Positions 1-8,985 of a DNA stretch of 64,000 nt are shown here, piece after piece (within the stretch, counting starts at the first letter, position 1; the number at the start of each line of letters is the position of its first letter). Made by a program: the position numbers and the translations under genes. The notes below the pieces were generated by a model. The model did not search any database, was not told the origin of the DNA, and worked only from the letters and a program-made list of their open reading frames with translations. This DNA is from a virus: UHGV virus genome UHGV-0277504; one strand, 5' to 3'.

Positions 1-157
1 AGTTTGAGCTAGTATATGATAATGCTATACCTGTTATAGCATATATAAGTACTGCTTGAGGTCTTAAACTAAATAATATTGAAAGTACATTTGCTATAGA
101 TAGTAGTAAAATCAACAAATCTAATACTATTAAAAACTTAAATATAAAATATTTCAT
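1..157 (-). CDS. partial CDS (N-terminal part; continues beyond left edge), hydrophobic membrane protein
   Basis: ATG at 155-157 on minus strand (MKYFIFKFLIVLDLLILLLSIANV...), open to window edge. Confidence 0.3.
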   Translation of the reverse strand, partial: MKYFIFKFLIVLDLLILLLSIANVLSILFSLRPQAVLIYAITGIALSYTSSN

Positions 158-287
158 GTTATTAGTCAAAATATTTGTCACTTCCTAATGTTAAAAAATG
201 TAATACATATACTAATCTAACAAAAAGGTCTTACTATGTTATATTATTGTTGTAATAAAAAATATAACTAATAGGGGTTGCTATATA

Positions 288-551
288 ATGTCAATATTAT
301 TATTAATAGTATCACTACCCCTTGTCTTTTTTTATTTTACATCAATATCAAGATTAAACTATAGGATAGCTAAAGATATAGTATATAAAAATAATATAAA
401 TTTACTAAAAAATATTATTTTTATTTTTTTTATATACTTACTATCTATATGTAATCTATATTTTATATTTACACATAAATTATTACCTATTGTATGTATG
501 AATTTAGTTATTTTATTATCTGTTGTTATTGTCTTCTTAACCCAGGATTAA
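288..551 (+). CDS. small hydrophobic membrane protein
   Basis: ORF track; very hydrophobic 87 aa; weak RBS. Confidence 0.35.
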   Translation: MSILLLIVSLPLVFFYFTSISRLNYRIAKDIVYKNNINLLKNIIFIFFIYLLSICNLYFIFTHKLLPIVCMNLVILLSVVIVFLTQD

Positions 552-579
552 ATAAAAAATTAAGGAGGGTTGTTTTGAA

Positions 580-903
580 GTGACAAAATACAAAGATATT
601 TTAAAAGTAGAATTTGTGGATGCGTTAGCTCACTTTGATACTAATAGAGAGTACTTCCATATTTATCGAATCACTAGGTTACTATCTAATGGCTCTATTA
701 TTTCATTCGATTATTATTACCTTCCTTCCGATGACCCTAATATAGTTAATATAGAGATAGATTTAAAAGAGTTCGGTAAATTAAGATTTGCTATTGATGT
801 TAAAACTTCTTATGGTAAAATAGTATCTGAAAAGCATAATAAAGTCATCCAGAATTTTATAGAAAATTATGATGTTCACTCTGTAGCCCCGTTGAAAGTT
901 TAG
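580..903 (+). CDS. hypothetical protein (GTG start)
   Basis: ORF track; AAGGAGGG SD 9 nt upstream of GTG. Confidence 0.5.
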   Translation: MTKYKDILKVEFVDALAHFDTNREYFHIYRITRLLSNGSIISFDYYYLPSDDPNIVNIEIDLKEFGKLRFAIDVKTSYGKIVSEKHNKVIQNFIENYDVHSVAPLKV

Positions 904-913
904 GTGAAAGAAA

Positions 914-1246
914 TTGGAAAACGACATTGATACACTATTAAATCAAATAGATAAAATAAGAAATCAAATACAAGAAAAAGGCTACATTGATAAAGATACT
1001 TATTCAAACCTAGAAAAAGAAGTTTCAGAATTACGTAGTATGATTCTTAACCTAGATAAAGATTTAGCTGTTACTAGTGAGAAGCAATCAACAATCTATA
1101 TACAATTAGAAAGATTAGATGAAAAAATAAAAGAATTATCTGAAAGTACAAAGGTAAAAGACGATAAGAAACGTGATACTACAGAAAAAGTATTACTTTT
1201 GATACTAGGTGCAATATTATCGTTTATATTCAATAAATTTAGTTAG
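914..1246 (+). CDS. coiled-coil protein with C-terminal TM helix (TTG start)
   Basis: ORF track; AGGTGA SD; heptad-like charged sequence then LLLILGAILSFIF. Confidence 0.45.
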   Translation: MENDIDTLLNQIDKIRNQIQEKGYIDKDTYSNLEKEVSELRSMILNLDKDLAVTSEKQSTIYIQLERLDEKIKELSESTKVKDDKKRDTTEKVLLLILGAILSFIFNKFS

Positions 1247-1256
1247 GAGAGTTTTT

Positions 1257-1466
1257 ATGGTAAAATCAATTGAATTAACAATGAATAGTGGTAAAACATT
1301 CTTTTTAATAAGTACTGAAGATGAAAAATACACTCATTCTTCTGTGAACGCAATGTTAAGAGGAAATAGTAATCCTTCTGTAAAAGTCCATACTAGTAAT
1401 GATATTAATTCTGATGTGGTTTATATTAACCCTTTCTTTATTGAATCATTTAAGATGAATTATTAA
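1257..1466 (+). CDS. hypothetical protein
   Basis: in-frame ATG at 1257 with GGAGAG SD; ORF track start 1209 overlaps upstream gene. Confidence 0.45.
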   Translation: MVKSIELTMNSGKTFFLISTEDEKYTHSSVNAMLRGNSNPSVKVHTSNDINSDVVYINPFFIESFKMNY

Positions 1467-1492
1467 AGGCTAACTTATGTTAGTCTTTTTTT
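1467..1492 (+). terminator. rho-independent terminator
   Basis: AGGCTAAC-ttat-GTTAGTCT hairpin followed by T7. Confidence 0.5.
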
Positions 1493-1572
1493 ATATATCT
1501 ATTATACCATAAACATCTTGAATATTAAAATTAAACTATCTCAATTTCCAACACTACTAAATATTAATTATT

Positions 1573-1775
1573 TATTGTTAATATATTGATTATTAATAAT
1601 TAATATATATAAATATATATATTAGAGTAATCCTTATTTTCCAAATATACAAATTACCTAAATATTCAGAATTCTTTTTCCTTATATATAAATATTGTTA
1701 ATATATTTGTTATTAATAATTAGTATTAGTATATATAAATAATAGTTATTAGAACTGGTCTTATTTGCCAAATAG
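1573..1775. repeat. two ~80-bp imperfect direct repeats (period ~120 bp) each containing palindromic ATTATTAATAAT core
   Basis: tattgttaatatattgattattaataattaat... (1573-1650) vs tattgttaatatatttgttattaataattag... (1693-1775); both end cttatttt(g)ccaaata. Confidence 0.7.
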
Positions 1776-1846
1776 TTAAAAAAACCTCTAAAACACTTGA
1801 TATTAAAGGATTTTAATCAAAAATTTAAAAAAGTTTATAAAAAGTG

Positions 1847-1875
1847 TTGACATTTATCAAAAATAAGATTATAAT
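1847..1875 (+). promoter_or_regulatory. sigma70-consensus promoter TTGACA-17-TATAAT with upstream A-tract element
   Basis: TTGACA 1847-1852, 17-nt spacer, TATAAT 1870-1875; aaaatttaaaaaagttt UP-like element upstream. Confidence 0.75.
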
Positions 1876-1914
1876 AAACTTAACAATAAAAAATTAAGAA
1901 AAGGATTGATATAA

Positions 1915-2796
1915 ATGGAATTAATCAAAAAATTTAATTATGAAGATAATAAAGTAAGAGTTGTTGAAAAGAATGGAGAAATTTACTTTGTTGGTAAAGA
2001 TATAGCAAATATCTTAGGGTATACAAATTCAAGAAAAGCATTATTAGACCATGTCGATGAAGAAGATAAGCTGGTGTCACGAATCGTTACGGCAGGTCAA
2101 AATAGAAATATGATAATTATTAATGAATCAGGATTATATAGTTTAATATTTTCTTCAAAATTAGATAAAGCTAAAGAATTTAAACGATGGGTAACTAAAG
2201 AAGTATTACCTGATATTAGAAAATATGGAATGTATATTGATGATTCTTTTATCAAAACAATTATAGATAATCCTCAAAGTGCAAGAGAAGAAATGCTTAA
2301 GTATTTTAATGAATCTCAAAGATTACAAAAAGTAGTAAAAGACTTAGAACAAGAAAATGATATGTTAAGAGAACTAGAAAACGAAGTAGGTGTTTTAGAG
2401 AGTAAAGTAGAATTACTTTCAAATAAACCAAATAACTCAGATTGGAAAAAAGAAGCAAATAAAAGAGTTAGACAATTAACACCAAAATTAACAAGTATTA
2501 TATATCCTAATTTTGGTAAAGCATGGAATGAAGTATACAGAGAAATGTTATATTCAGAAAACATTAATATTAAATCTAAACATACAAGAAGATTAAAAAG
2601 AATGGAAAACAATAATGTATCTCAAAGTGAGATTAATAACACAACAATTTTGGATACAATTGGAACTGATGTAGAATATATTGACAAAATGTTCAATGCA
2701 ATATCTAACTTAGAACAGAGAAATATTAACTCAGAAAATAATTTTAATGAAAAACCTTTTTATGATTCAGGTAATTTTAGTGGTTTACTTATTTAA
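1915..2796 (+). CDS. Bro-N / KilA-N-C family antirepressor-like protein
   Basis: N-terminal Bro-N-like pattern (FNY..NKVRVV.KNGEIYFVGKDIANILGY...ESGLYSLIFSSKL..AKEFKRWVTKEVLPDIRKYG), coiled-coil middle. Confidence 0.7.
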   Translation: MELIKKFNYEDNKVRVVEKNGEIYFVGKDIANILGYTNSRKALLDHVDEEDKLVSRIVTAGQNRNMIIINESGLYSLIFSSKLDKAKEFKRWVTKEVLPDIRKYGMYIDDSFIKTIIDNPQSAREEMLKYFNESQRLQKVVKDLEQENDMLRELENEVGVLESKVELLSNKPNNSDWKKEANKRVRQLTPKLTSIIYPNFGKAWNEVYREMLYSENINIKSKHTRRLKRMENNNVSQSEINNTTILDTIGTDVEYIDKMFNAISNLEQRNINSENNFNEKPFYDSGNFSGLLI

Positions 2797-2809
2797 TTTA
2801 AAAAAAGTA

Positions 2810-2838
2810 TTGACATTAACAATTAAACATGTTATGAT
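2810..2838 (+). promoter_or_regulatory. sigma70-consensus promoter TTGACA-17-TATGAT
   Basis: aaaaagtattgacat class; same leader (aaaattaagaaaaggatt) as preceding gene. Confidence 0.7.
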
Positions 2839-2875
2839 AAATATATCAAAAATTAAGAAAAGGATTTGATTAAGT

Positions 2876-3097
2876 ATGAGAAAACAAGTAATGGTATATT
2901 CAAAACTAAATTGTAAAGAATGTGGGAACCACTTTATGGTTCCTAGAAAAAGAGCAAAAAGAAGAGAAGAAGGTCATATCAAAGACTTATATTGTGTAAA
3001 ATGTAAAAAAACAACAAAACATATTGAGGATAACAGAAGTGAAACAGAAAAATTCTGGGATGAATTCCATTCAAATAGAAAATATCAAAAAAATTAA
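2876..3097 (+). CDS. small zinc-ribbon protein
   Basis: CKECGN...CVKCKK four-Cys motif; AAGGATTTGA SD. Confidence 0.55.
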   Translation: MRKQVMVYSKLNCKECGNHFMVPRKRAKRREEGHIKDLYCVKCKKTTKHIEDNRSETEKFWDEFHSNRKYQKN

Positions 3098-3127
3098 TAA
3101 AAAATTTAAAAAAGTTTTAAAATAAAC

Positions 3128-3156
3128 TTGACACAGGGTTATTTTTATGTTATGAT
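3128..3156 (+). promoter_or_regulatory. sigma70-consensus promoter TTGACA-17-(TGt)TATGAT driving non-coding transcript
   Basis: TTGACA 3128-3133, 17-nt spacer, extended -10 TGTTATGAT; shares aaaatttaaaaaagtttt upstream element with promoter at 1847. Confidence 0.7.
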
Positions 3157-3163
3157 ATATGTA

Positions 3164-3981
3164 TCAAATAAAACAAATCCCTTACACAACTGTTTTTTCA
3201 TTACGTTGTTTTCCAGTTCAAACAATAACAGCGTTTGCCTATAACTAATGATTAGACTATAAACAAATCAAGAGGAAATTAGTCTATTCCTCTAATATAA
3301 TTTTAATACAACTAAACATCTGAACATAGTGACTGAATAAGTGAGTGATGTCACTAAGGTGTAAGAATGTCTTAGGAAGCCTACTAAAGTGTGAGAACCT
3401 TTAGAGGTATCCTCAGAGGGATATTTATTCCGAAAGGATTGCTTAGCACTTGGATATAAGGATTATACGGTAGAGAGACTATCAGTGATGAATCACTAGT
3501 CAAGGTCTTAGCGGAATCTTGACTAGTTACGCTACTAAAATCATTTACGTGGTTGGAGCCTAGAAATAGGTTTGATAATGATTGTCTTTCGTACAAGTAG
3601 CACAAACCCACGATAAAGCTAAAGAAAACAAAAAATATATGTTATTTTAATTCTTCACATCGTGTGAAAGTTGGTAAGTAACTGTCCTTACCCCTATACT
3701 GTGGAAACACTCATAAAAGTGGACTATGGCTAGCTACCATATAGAACTTTCTATGACTAGGTTACCTAATAATAATTCTTGTATTTCAGGTTCCCCGTGA
3801 AAAGGGATATGTTTGGATGTTTAGTTGTATTATACAACTAACTTCTCTTTCATTTTAATATTCATATCAATGGTTTTTGACTCCTTTACCATTGATAGAG
3901 AGAAACCCCTTATAAGAACATATTCATTTGTACAAACAAACACCTCCTTATAAAAAACAAAAAAACTTATAAGGGGTTTTT
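3164..3981 (+). ncRNA. candidate large (~820 nt) structured non-coding RNA, class unknown
   Basis: no ORF on the transcribed strand, GC-richer than flanks, many perfect local hairpins (ACTAGTCAAG 3495-3504 / CTTGACTAGT 3519-3528), closing helix AAACCCCTTATAAG 3901-3914 / CTTATAAGGGGTTT 3966-3980 then T-tract. Confidence 0.45.
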
Positions 3982-4085
3982 ACATACACATAACCCTAAT
4001 AACCTGAATATAATTTGCTTGATATTTATATTCAAAAAAAATAAGGTAAGTACTTTTTAAAGGTTTTTGTCTCACCTATACATAA

Positions 4086-4451
4086 ATGAAAAAAGGAATT
4101 GTTATTGTGGCAAAGAAAAAAACATTAGCTCAAAAAACATATGAAGATACAGTAAAAGCTAGAAGATGGTTTGCAGGTACTCGAAATGAATTTAATACAG
4201 CAAGAGCAAAAAAGAAAAATACTGAATCTTTTTTAAAACAATCAAAAGAAGATATTAAAACAGCTAGTGAAAAAGGTAGATTTAGTTGTATATTGTATTA
4301 TAAAGTATTTAAGTTTAAAGAACCTGTAGAAGGGTATAATAAACAAGAAATATTATCAGCACTTAAAGAGTTGGATAAAGAAGGATTTAAAACAACATAT
4401 GAGGATACTCAAGATGGTGTATTAGTGAGTGCTAGATGGGATAACGAATAA
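4086..4451 (+). CDS. hypothetical basic protein
   Basis: ORF track; lysine-rich 121 aa. Confidence 0.5.
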   Translation: MKKGIVIVAKKKTLAQKTYEDTVKARRWFAGTRNEFNTARAKKKNTESFLKQSKEDIKTASEKGRFSCILYYKVFKFKEPVEGYNKQEILSALKELDKEGFKTTYEDTQDGVLVSARWDNE

Positions 4452-4665
4452 ACAAAAAGGAGTTTTTAATATCGCTACTCAAAAACAACTTTACTTTGTA
4501 AATGGACTAATAGGTAAAGCTATTGTTAATGACAAAGTATTAAATAAAAGAGATTTATGGAATCAGTTAGACTTATTAAATGATACTAAATTAGAAGACT
4601 TAGATAATAAACAAATGTCAAATGTTATTAGTAAATTAAATGAAATTAATAATGATATAGAATAA
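4429..4665 (+). CDS. hypothetical protein (start uncertain)
   Basis: ORF track; overlaps upstream gene by 23 nt; weak SD. Confidence 0.3.
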   Translation: MLDGITNKQKGVFNIATQKQLYFVNGLIGKAIVNDKVLNKRDLWNQLDLLNDTKLEDLDNKQMSNVISKLNEINNDIE

Positions 4666-4692
4666 CCACCTATTTATGTAGGTGGTTTTCTT
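4666..4692 (+). terminator. rho-independent terminator
   Basis: CCACCTA-tttatg-TAGGTGG + TTTT. Confidence 0.6.
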
Positions 4693-4763
4693 ATATTAAA
4701 ATAATTAACGCTTTTTTTGTTATATTAGTTAGTACAAAAATATAATAGAAAGGGCGTTTTTTA

Positions 4764-5324
4764 ATGTCTAATAAAGATATGAAAAAACCTACTGTTGTAG
4801 GTGGTGTAAACTTATCCACACGTGTACGCAGTAAGACTTTTTGGGTATCACTTGTAGGTATACTAGTTGGTGTAGTTACTCAAGTAGGTACACTTTTTGG
4901 TCTTGATTTAGAAGACCAAGTAGGACAATACTCTGAATTAGCTACAGGTATTATTACAGCTTTAGGTATTTTAGGTGTTTTACAAGACCCTAATACTAAA
5001 GGAATTAAAGATAGTGGTATTGCACAAACATACACTTCTCGTAGAGATAGTAAAGACCCTGAACAAGCAATAGATTGGCAAAATAATACAGAATTTGATT
5101 TAGGTGTAAAGAAACCTCAAGAGTTTGATACTTCTGAATCTTTCTCTGATGATAGTGATGAAGAAGAAGTAGATTTAGAAGAAGAAGTAGCTAAAGATGA
5201 TTCTGTACAAGAAGACACAAATAAACCCCTTGGAGCTGGAAAAGGAGAGTCTGTAGACTCTATGAAAAACACACCTCTAAATGTAGGTAGTCAATCAGCT
5301 AAATCAAAAGGCGGTGAAAAATAA
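4764..5324 (+). CDS. holin (phage_holin_1-like), acidic C-terminal tail
   Basis: hydrophobic N-terminal core WVSLVGILVGVVTQVGTLFGLD..., ITALGILGVL; directly upstream of endolysin. Confidence 0.7.
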   Translation: MSNKDMKKPTVVGGVNLSTRVRSKTFWVSLVGILVGVVTQVGTLFGLDLEDQVGQYSELATGIITALGILGVLQDPNTKGIKDSGIAQTYTSRRDSKDPEQAIDWQNNTEFDLGVKKPQEFDTSESFSDDSDEEEVDLEEEVAKDDSVQEDTNKPLGAGKGESVDSMKNTPLNVGSQSAKSKGGEK

Positions 5325-5326
5325 TA

Positions 5327-6058
5327 ATGAAAACTAAAAAACAAGCTTTAAAATGGATTTTAAATACTATAGGTCAAGGTATAGATTGGGATAAAATGTA
5401 TGGGTTTCAATGTATGGATTTAGTTGTTGCTTATTTATATTACGTTACTGATGGGAAAATAGCAATGTGGGGAAATGCTATTGATGCTCCTAAAAATAAT
5501 TTTAAAGGTACTGCTAAAGTAATTAAAAATTACCCTGCTTTTAGACCTGAAGCAGGAGATATAGTAGTTTGGTCTTATGGTAATTTTAGTACTTACGGAC
5601 ATATTGCTGTAGTTATAGATGGAGACCCTTACGGTGACTTGCAGTATATCACAGTAGCTGAGCAAAATTGGAATGGTTTAGGACTATACAAACAAGAAGT
5701 TACTACAAAACGTATTCATAATTACGATGGTGTATCTCATTTCATAAGACCTAAGTTCAAAAAAACAGTTAAAAAAGAAGATAACACTCTTACAAAAGAA
5801 AAAAACAACAAAAAAACAAAAGGAAAAAAATTAAAAGTATCAACACAAAGAATAAACTACACTATGGATAAAAGAGGTTATAAACCTAAATTTGTTGTAA
5901 TACACAATGATGCTGGTAGTTCTTCTGCACAACAGTATGAACAAGGATTAAAAAATGCAGGATACAGTAGATATGCTCAAGGAGTAGCACATGCATACGC
6001 TTCTGATGGTTATGTGTGGGAAGCAATATCAGAAGATAGAATAGCTTGGCATACGGGT
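5327..6058 (+). CDS. endolysin exon 1: CHAP peptidase domain + start of amidase_2 domain (ends ...AWHTG)
   Basis: CHAP motifs QCMDLV...WGNA...GDIVVW...GHIAVV...EQNWNG..HFI; amidase_2 begins YKPKFVVIHNDAGS...AWHTG; the in-frame K + TAG after 6058 belong to the intron. Confidence 0.8.
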
Positions 6059-6419
6059 AAATAGTTGCCCTGTTATATAGTAATGTATAATTAAAATTCT
6101 TTTAATTGACTGGGAGGCTAAGGCTATCAAGCTATGCTAATCAGCATCCAAGAATATTGTTTAAAAAAACTACTTGACAACATAATAACTTTTGGAAACA
6201 ATATTAAGGTTCAACGACTATCCTTATAGACGAGTGCCAATAAAAAATAAATCGTCAACAGGAGTAGGGCTCAAGTTAATGGAGTAGGTGAGAATCCTTT
6301 AAATCGAAATGGAGAACCCCTAAAATAATTAGGGTGAAGATATAGTCTAGACTTATAGGAAACTATGAGAAGTTCATAAGAGAACTGGTAGAGTGTTACG
6401 AACTCTATTGAATATATCG
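6059..6419 (+). mobile_element. ORF-less group I-type self-splicing intron interrupting endolysin (boundaries approximate)
   Basis: amidase_2 domain resumes in another frame at ~6420 (DGTNPGTGNFEGYGIEVCQS); exon 1 ends in U (6058) pairing as U-G with P1-like GGGU / GCCC (intron 6068-6071); intron ends in G (6419); no ORF inside. Confidence 0.55.
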
Positions 6420-7142
6420 GATGGAACAAATCCAGGAACAGGTAACTTTGAAGGATATGGAATTGAAGTTTGTCAATCTTTAGGAGATAGAAATACTTTC
6501 TTAAAAAATGAGCAAACTGTATTCCAATTTATTGCAGAAAAATTGCAAAAATGGAACTTACCTGCAAATAGAAATACCATCAGACTTCATAATGAATTTA
6601 TACAAACAGAATGTCCCCATGCTTCAGCATATTATCATGCAGGTATGAATACTAAAGTAGATGCTTATACAAAAGAAAGACAATTAAAAATAAAAGATTA
6701 TTTCATAAAACAAATTAGAGCATACATGAAAGGAAGTACACCTAAATCTACAGTAGTAAAATCTAGTAAAAGTAGTGGTTCTTTACCTAAGAAACAAGGT
6801 AAAAAACAAAAATTTAAATCAAATATTGGTAAAACATTCGACTTTAATGGATTAAATACCAATACTTGGGGTACTAAATGGTATTATGAAAATAATACAT
6901 TTACATGTAATGCTCGACAAGGTATCATAACAAGAGTAGGTAGTCCGTTTACAAACGCACCTCAAGCAGGTGTTTTATTCTACGGACAAACTGTAACATA
7001 TAATCAAGTAGCTGTTAATCCAAAAGAGCCATTTGTATGGATTTCATGGATTACAAATAATGGTACTGAAGTATGGATGCCTATTGAAGTCTTAGACAGT
7101 AATAATAAAATTATTGAGCAGTGGGGTACTTTTGGTTGGTAA
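6420..7142 (+). CDS. endolysin exon 2: rest of amidase_2 + SH3b (SH3_5) cell-wall binding domain
   Basis: GIEVCQS...FLKNEQTVFQF.AEK...NR.TIRLH.EF..TECPH; C-terminal SH3_5-like WYYENNTFTCN...VWMPIEV. Confidence 0.7.
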   Translation, partial: DGTNPGTGNFEGYGIEVCQSLGDRNTFLKNEQTVFQFIAEKLQKWNLPANRNTIRLHNEFIQTECPHASAYYHAGMNTKVDAYTKERQLKIKDYFIKQIRAYMKGSTPKSTVVKSSKSSGSLPKKQGKKQKFKSNIGKTFDFNGLNTNTWGTKWYYENNTFTCNARQGIITRVGSPFTNAPQAGVLFYGQTVTYNQVAVNPKEPFVWISWITNNGTEVWMPIEVLDSNNKIIEQWGTFGW

Positions 7143-7160
7143 AAATAATATTTATTTTTA

Positions 7161-7189
7161 GACTAGGATTAAATTCCTAGTCTTTTTTT
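7161..7189 (+). terminator. rho-independent terminator (GACTAGGA-TTAAAT-TCCTAGTC family)
   Basis: GACTAGGATTAAATTCCTAGTC + T7. Confidence 0.75.
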
Positions 7190-7251
7190 ATTGATTTATT
7201 TAAAACATTATGATAAAGTAATTATATAGACAAGAAAAGTTAAATATTTAG

Positions 7252-7280
7252 TTGACTTTTAAGTTTATATGTGTTATAAT
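7252..7280 (+). promoter_or_regulatory. sigma70-consensus promoter TTGACT-17-TATAAT
   Basis: TTGACT 7252-7257, TATAAT 7275-7280. Confidence 0.65.
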
Positions 7281-7312
7281 GTAATTAATAAATAAAAAAG
7301 GAGTGTAAAAAT

Positions 7313-7534
7313 ATGAATAGACTTAAACACTGGTTTAATAAAAGTGTTCTTAAAAAAGAAAAAGATAAGTATAAAGTATATTTTATTCATAAGAAGTTTG
7401 ATAGTAGAGTACCTGTAGTTATAGATGTTGAAGCTACAAGTAAAGTAGACGCAAAAAAGAAGACTTTAAAATTTATTAAAAAGTATGCTTCAGATTCTGG
7501 AAATTATAAATTTTTGAAAGTAGAATATAAATAG
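7313..7534 (+). CDS. hypothetical basic protein
   Basis: ORF track; GGAG SD. Confidence 0.5.
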   Translation: MNRLKHWFNKSVLKKEKDKYKVYFIHKKFDSRVPVVIDVEATSKVDAKKKTLKFIKKYASDSGNYKFLKVEYK

Positions 7535-7765
7535 GTGATGTTTATGGAAAAAGAGAATAAACCATTAGTATTAAAAAAAGTAAGAGAAGAAAAAGGATAC
7601 ACATTAAGAGAATTAGCTTCAGAATTAGGTGTTAATTATTCTGTAATATCATACTGGGAATATGGAAAGAAAAAACCTAGAACAAATAACCAATTAAAAT
7701 TAGAAAAAACATTAGGTGTTCCTTTCGAAGAATTATCAAAGGAGTGGGAAGAGCAAGATGAGTAA
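7535..7765 (+). CDS. XRE-family helix-turn-helix transcriptional regulator
   Basis: GYTLRELASELGVNYSVISYWEYGKKKP HTH_3 pattern. Confidence 0.65.
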   Translation: MMFMEKENKPLVLKKVREEKGYTLRELASELGVNYSVISYWEYGKKKPRTNNQLKLEKTLGVPFEELSKEWEEQDE

Positions 7766-8354
7766 ATTATCGAAATCAATATTAACAAACAAAAAAATAG
7801 AAGATTTAATAGATATGGTAGATTCTTTTGAATTACAACAAGTAAGAAAAGTAATCGGTGATGATAATTTTTCTAATATTATTACAATTGTAAATTCTTT
7901 AGATAATGATTACTCAAAAGTATTACTTGTCGGTGTATTAGATAAATTATTACATTCTACACCTTTAGTAGAGTATGATGACGTGTATACTACGTTACGT
8001 AAATACGATGAAGCAGAGCTAAAAGAAGAGACAGCTAATTTAATAGTTCAAAATACATTATATGATAATTGTACTATTATACCTGAAAAAGAATTACCTA
8101 ATATAGGTGATTTAGAATCAGTGCAGAATTTAATTAAAGTTATTAATGTACTATCAATTATAGAAACTCCTAGTACAAAAGATTTATTTTCTGTAAGTGA
8201 AGAATTTTTAAGTATAAAAGAATTAATGAATAACTATGACTTAAATGTAGAAGGTATTATAGATAAATTATATAATTTAGATAAAAATATTGAAGATAAA
8301 GATAGTTTACCTAAAGATTTAGAAGAATTAATAAAGTATGTAATTGAATATTAA
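7758..8354 (+). CDS. hypothetical protein
   Basis: ATGA overlap with upstream stop; AAGGAG SD; ORF track 7716 start overlaps previous gene. Confidence 0.5.
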   Translation: MSKLSKSILTNKKIEDLIDMVDSFELQQVRKVIGDDNFSNIITIVNSLDNDYSKVLLVGVLDKLLHSTPLVEYDDVYTTLRKYDEAELKEETANLIVQNTLYDNCTIIPEKELPNIGDLESVQNLIKVINVLSIIETPSTKDLFSVSEEFLSIKELMNNYDLNVEGIIDKLYNLDKNIEDKDSLPKDLEELIKYVIEY

Positions 8355-8377
8355 AATATAGGTGGTTATGTGTATTA

Positions 8378-8565
8378 TGAAAAATTTATTTAAAGTGTTT
8401 TTAGATAATTATGAAGTATTTGTGGTTGCTAATAATGATAAAGAAGCAGAAAACCATTGTTTTAAATTTTTAGATTTTAATAAAATTAGTATAAGTAAAG
8501 TAAAGCAAGTTAAAAGTGATGATATTTATCCTTATTTTGTTAGGGGTAAAAGTTATGCAAGCTAA
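8378..8565 (+). CDS. hypothetical protein
   Basis: TAGGTGG SD upstream of ATG 8378. Confidence 0.4.
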
Positions 8566-8971
8566 ATTATACACAGACGGTAGTTCTAACTATAAATTAG
8601 GTAAAGTTGGAACAGGTGCAGTAATTGTAGATAATAGTAATAACATTTTATCAGAAATAAGTAAGGAAGTTGACAAACCAGAACTCTTAAAGTATAATAA
8701 TGTTGCAGGTGAAATACTAGCTTGTTGTTACGGTATAGAAAAGTGTATAGAACTAGGTGTCAAACAAGTAGAAATACATGTAGATTATATCGGATTAATT
8801 AAGTGGTATGATGGAACATGGCGTACAAAAAATAATTTTACTAAATTATACGTTAATATGTTAAGAGAATATGGTAAATTTATTGATTTTAATTTTATTA
8901 AAGTTAAAGCACACTCAAACGATAAGTGGAATGAGTACGCTGATAAACTTGCAAAAAAATCTATAAAATAA
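8555..8971 (+). CDS. ribonuclease H (RNase HI-like)
   Basis: YTDGSS...GAVIV...H.D...NEYADKLAKK pattern; internal ATG 8555 more likely than track start 8516. Confidence 0.65.
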   Translation: MQAKLYTDGSSNYKLGKVGTGAVIVDNSNNILSEISKEVDKPELLKYNNVAGEILACCYGIEKCIELGVKQVEIHVDYIGLIKWYDGTWRTKNNFTKLYVNMLREYGKFIDFNFIKVKAHSNDKWNEYADKLAKKSIK

Positions 8972-8985
8972 AAGGAGAAAAAGTT

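Noticed and set aside
3384-3611. 75-aa minus-strand ORF inside the 3.1-4.0 kb region
   Set aside because: No SD. It lies antisense within a promoter-to-terminator structured transcript, and its composition is atypical.
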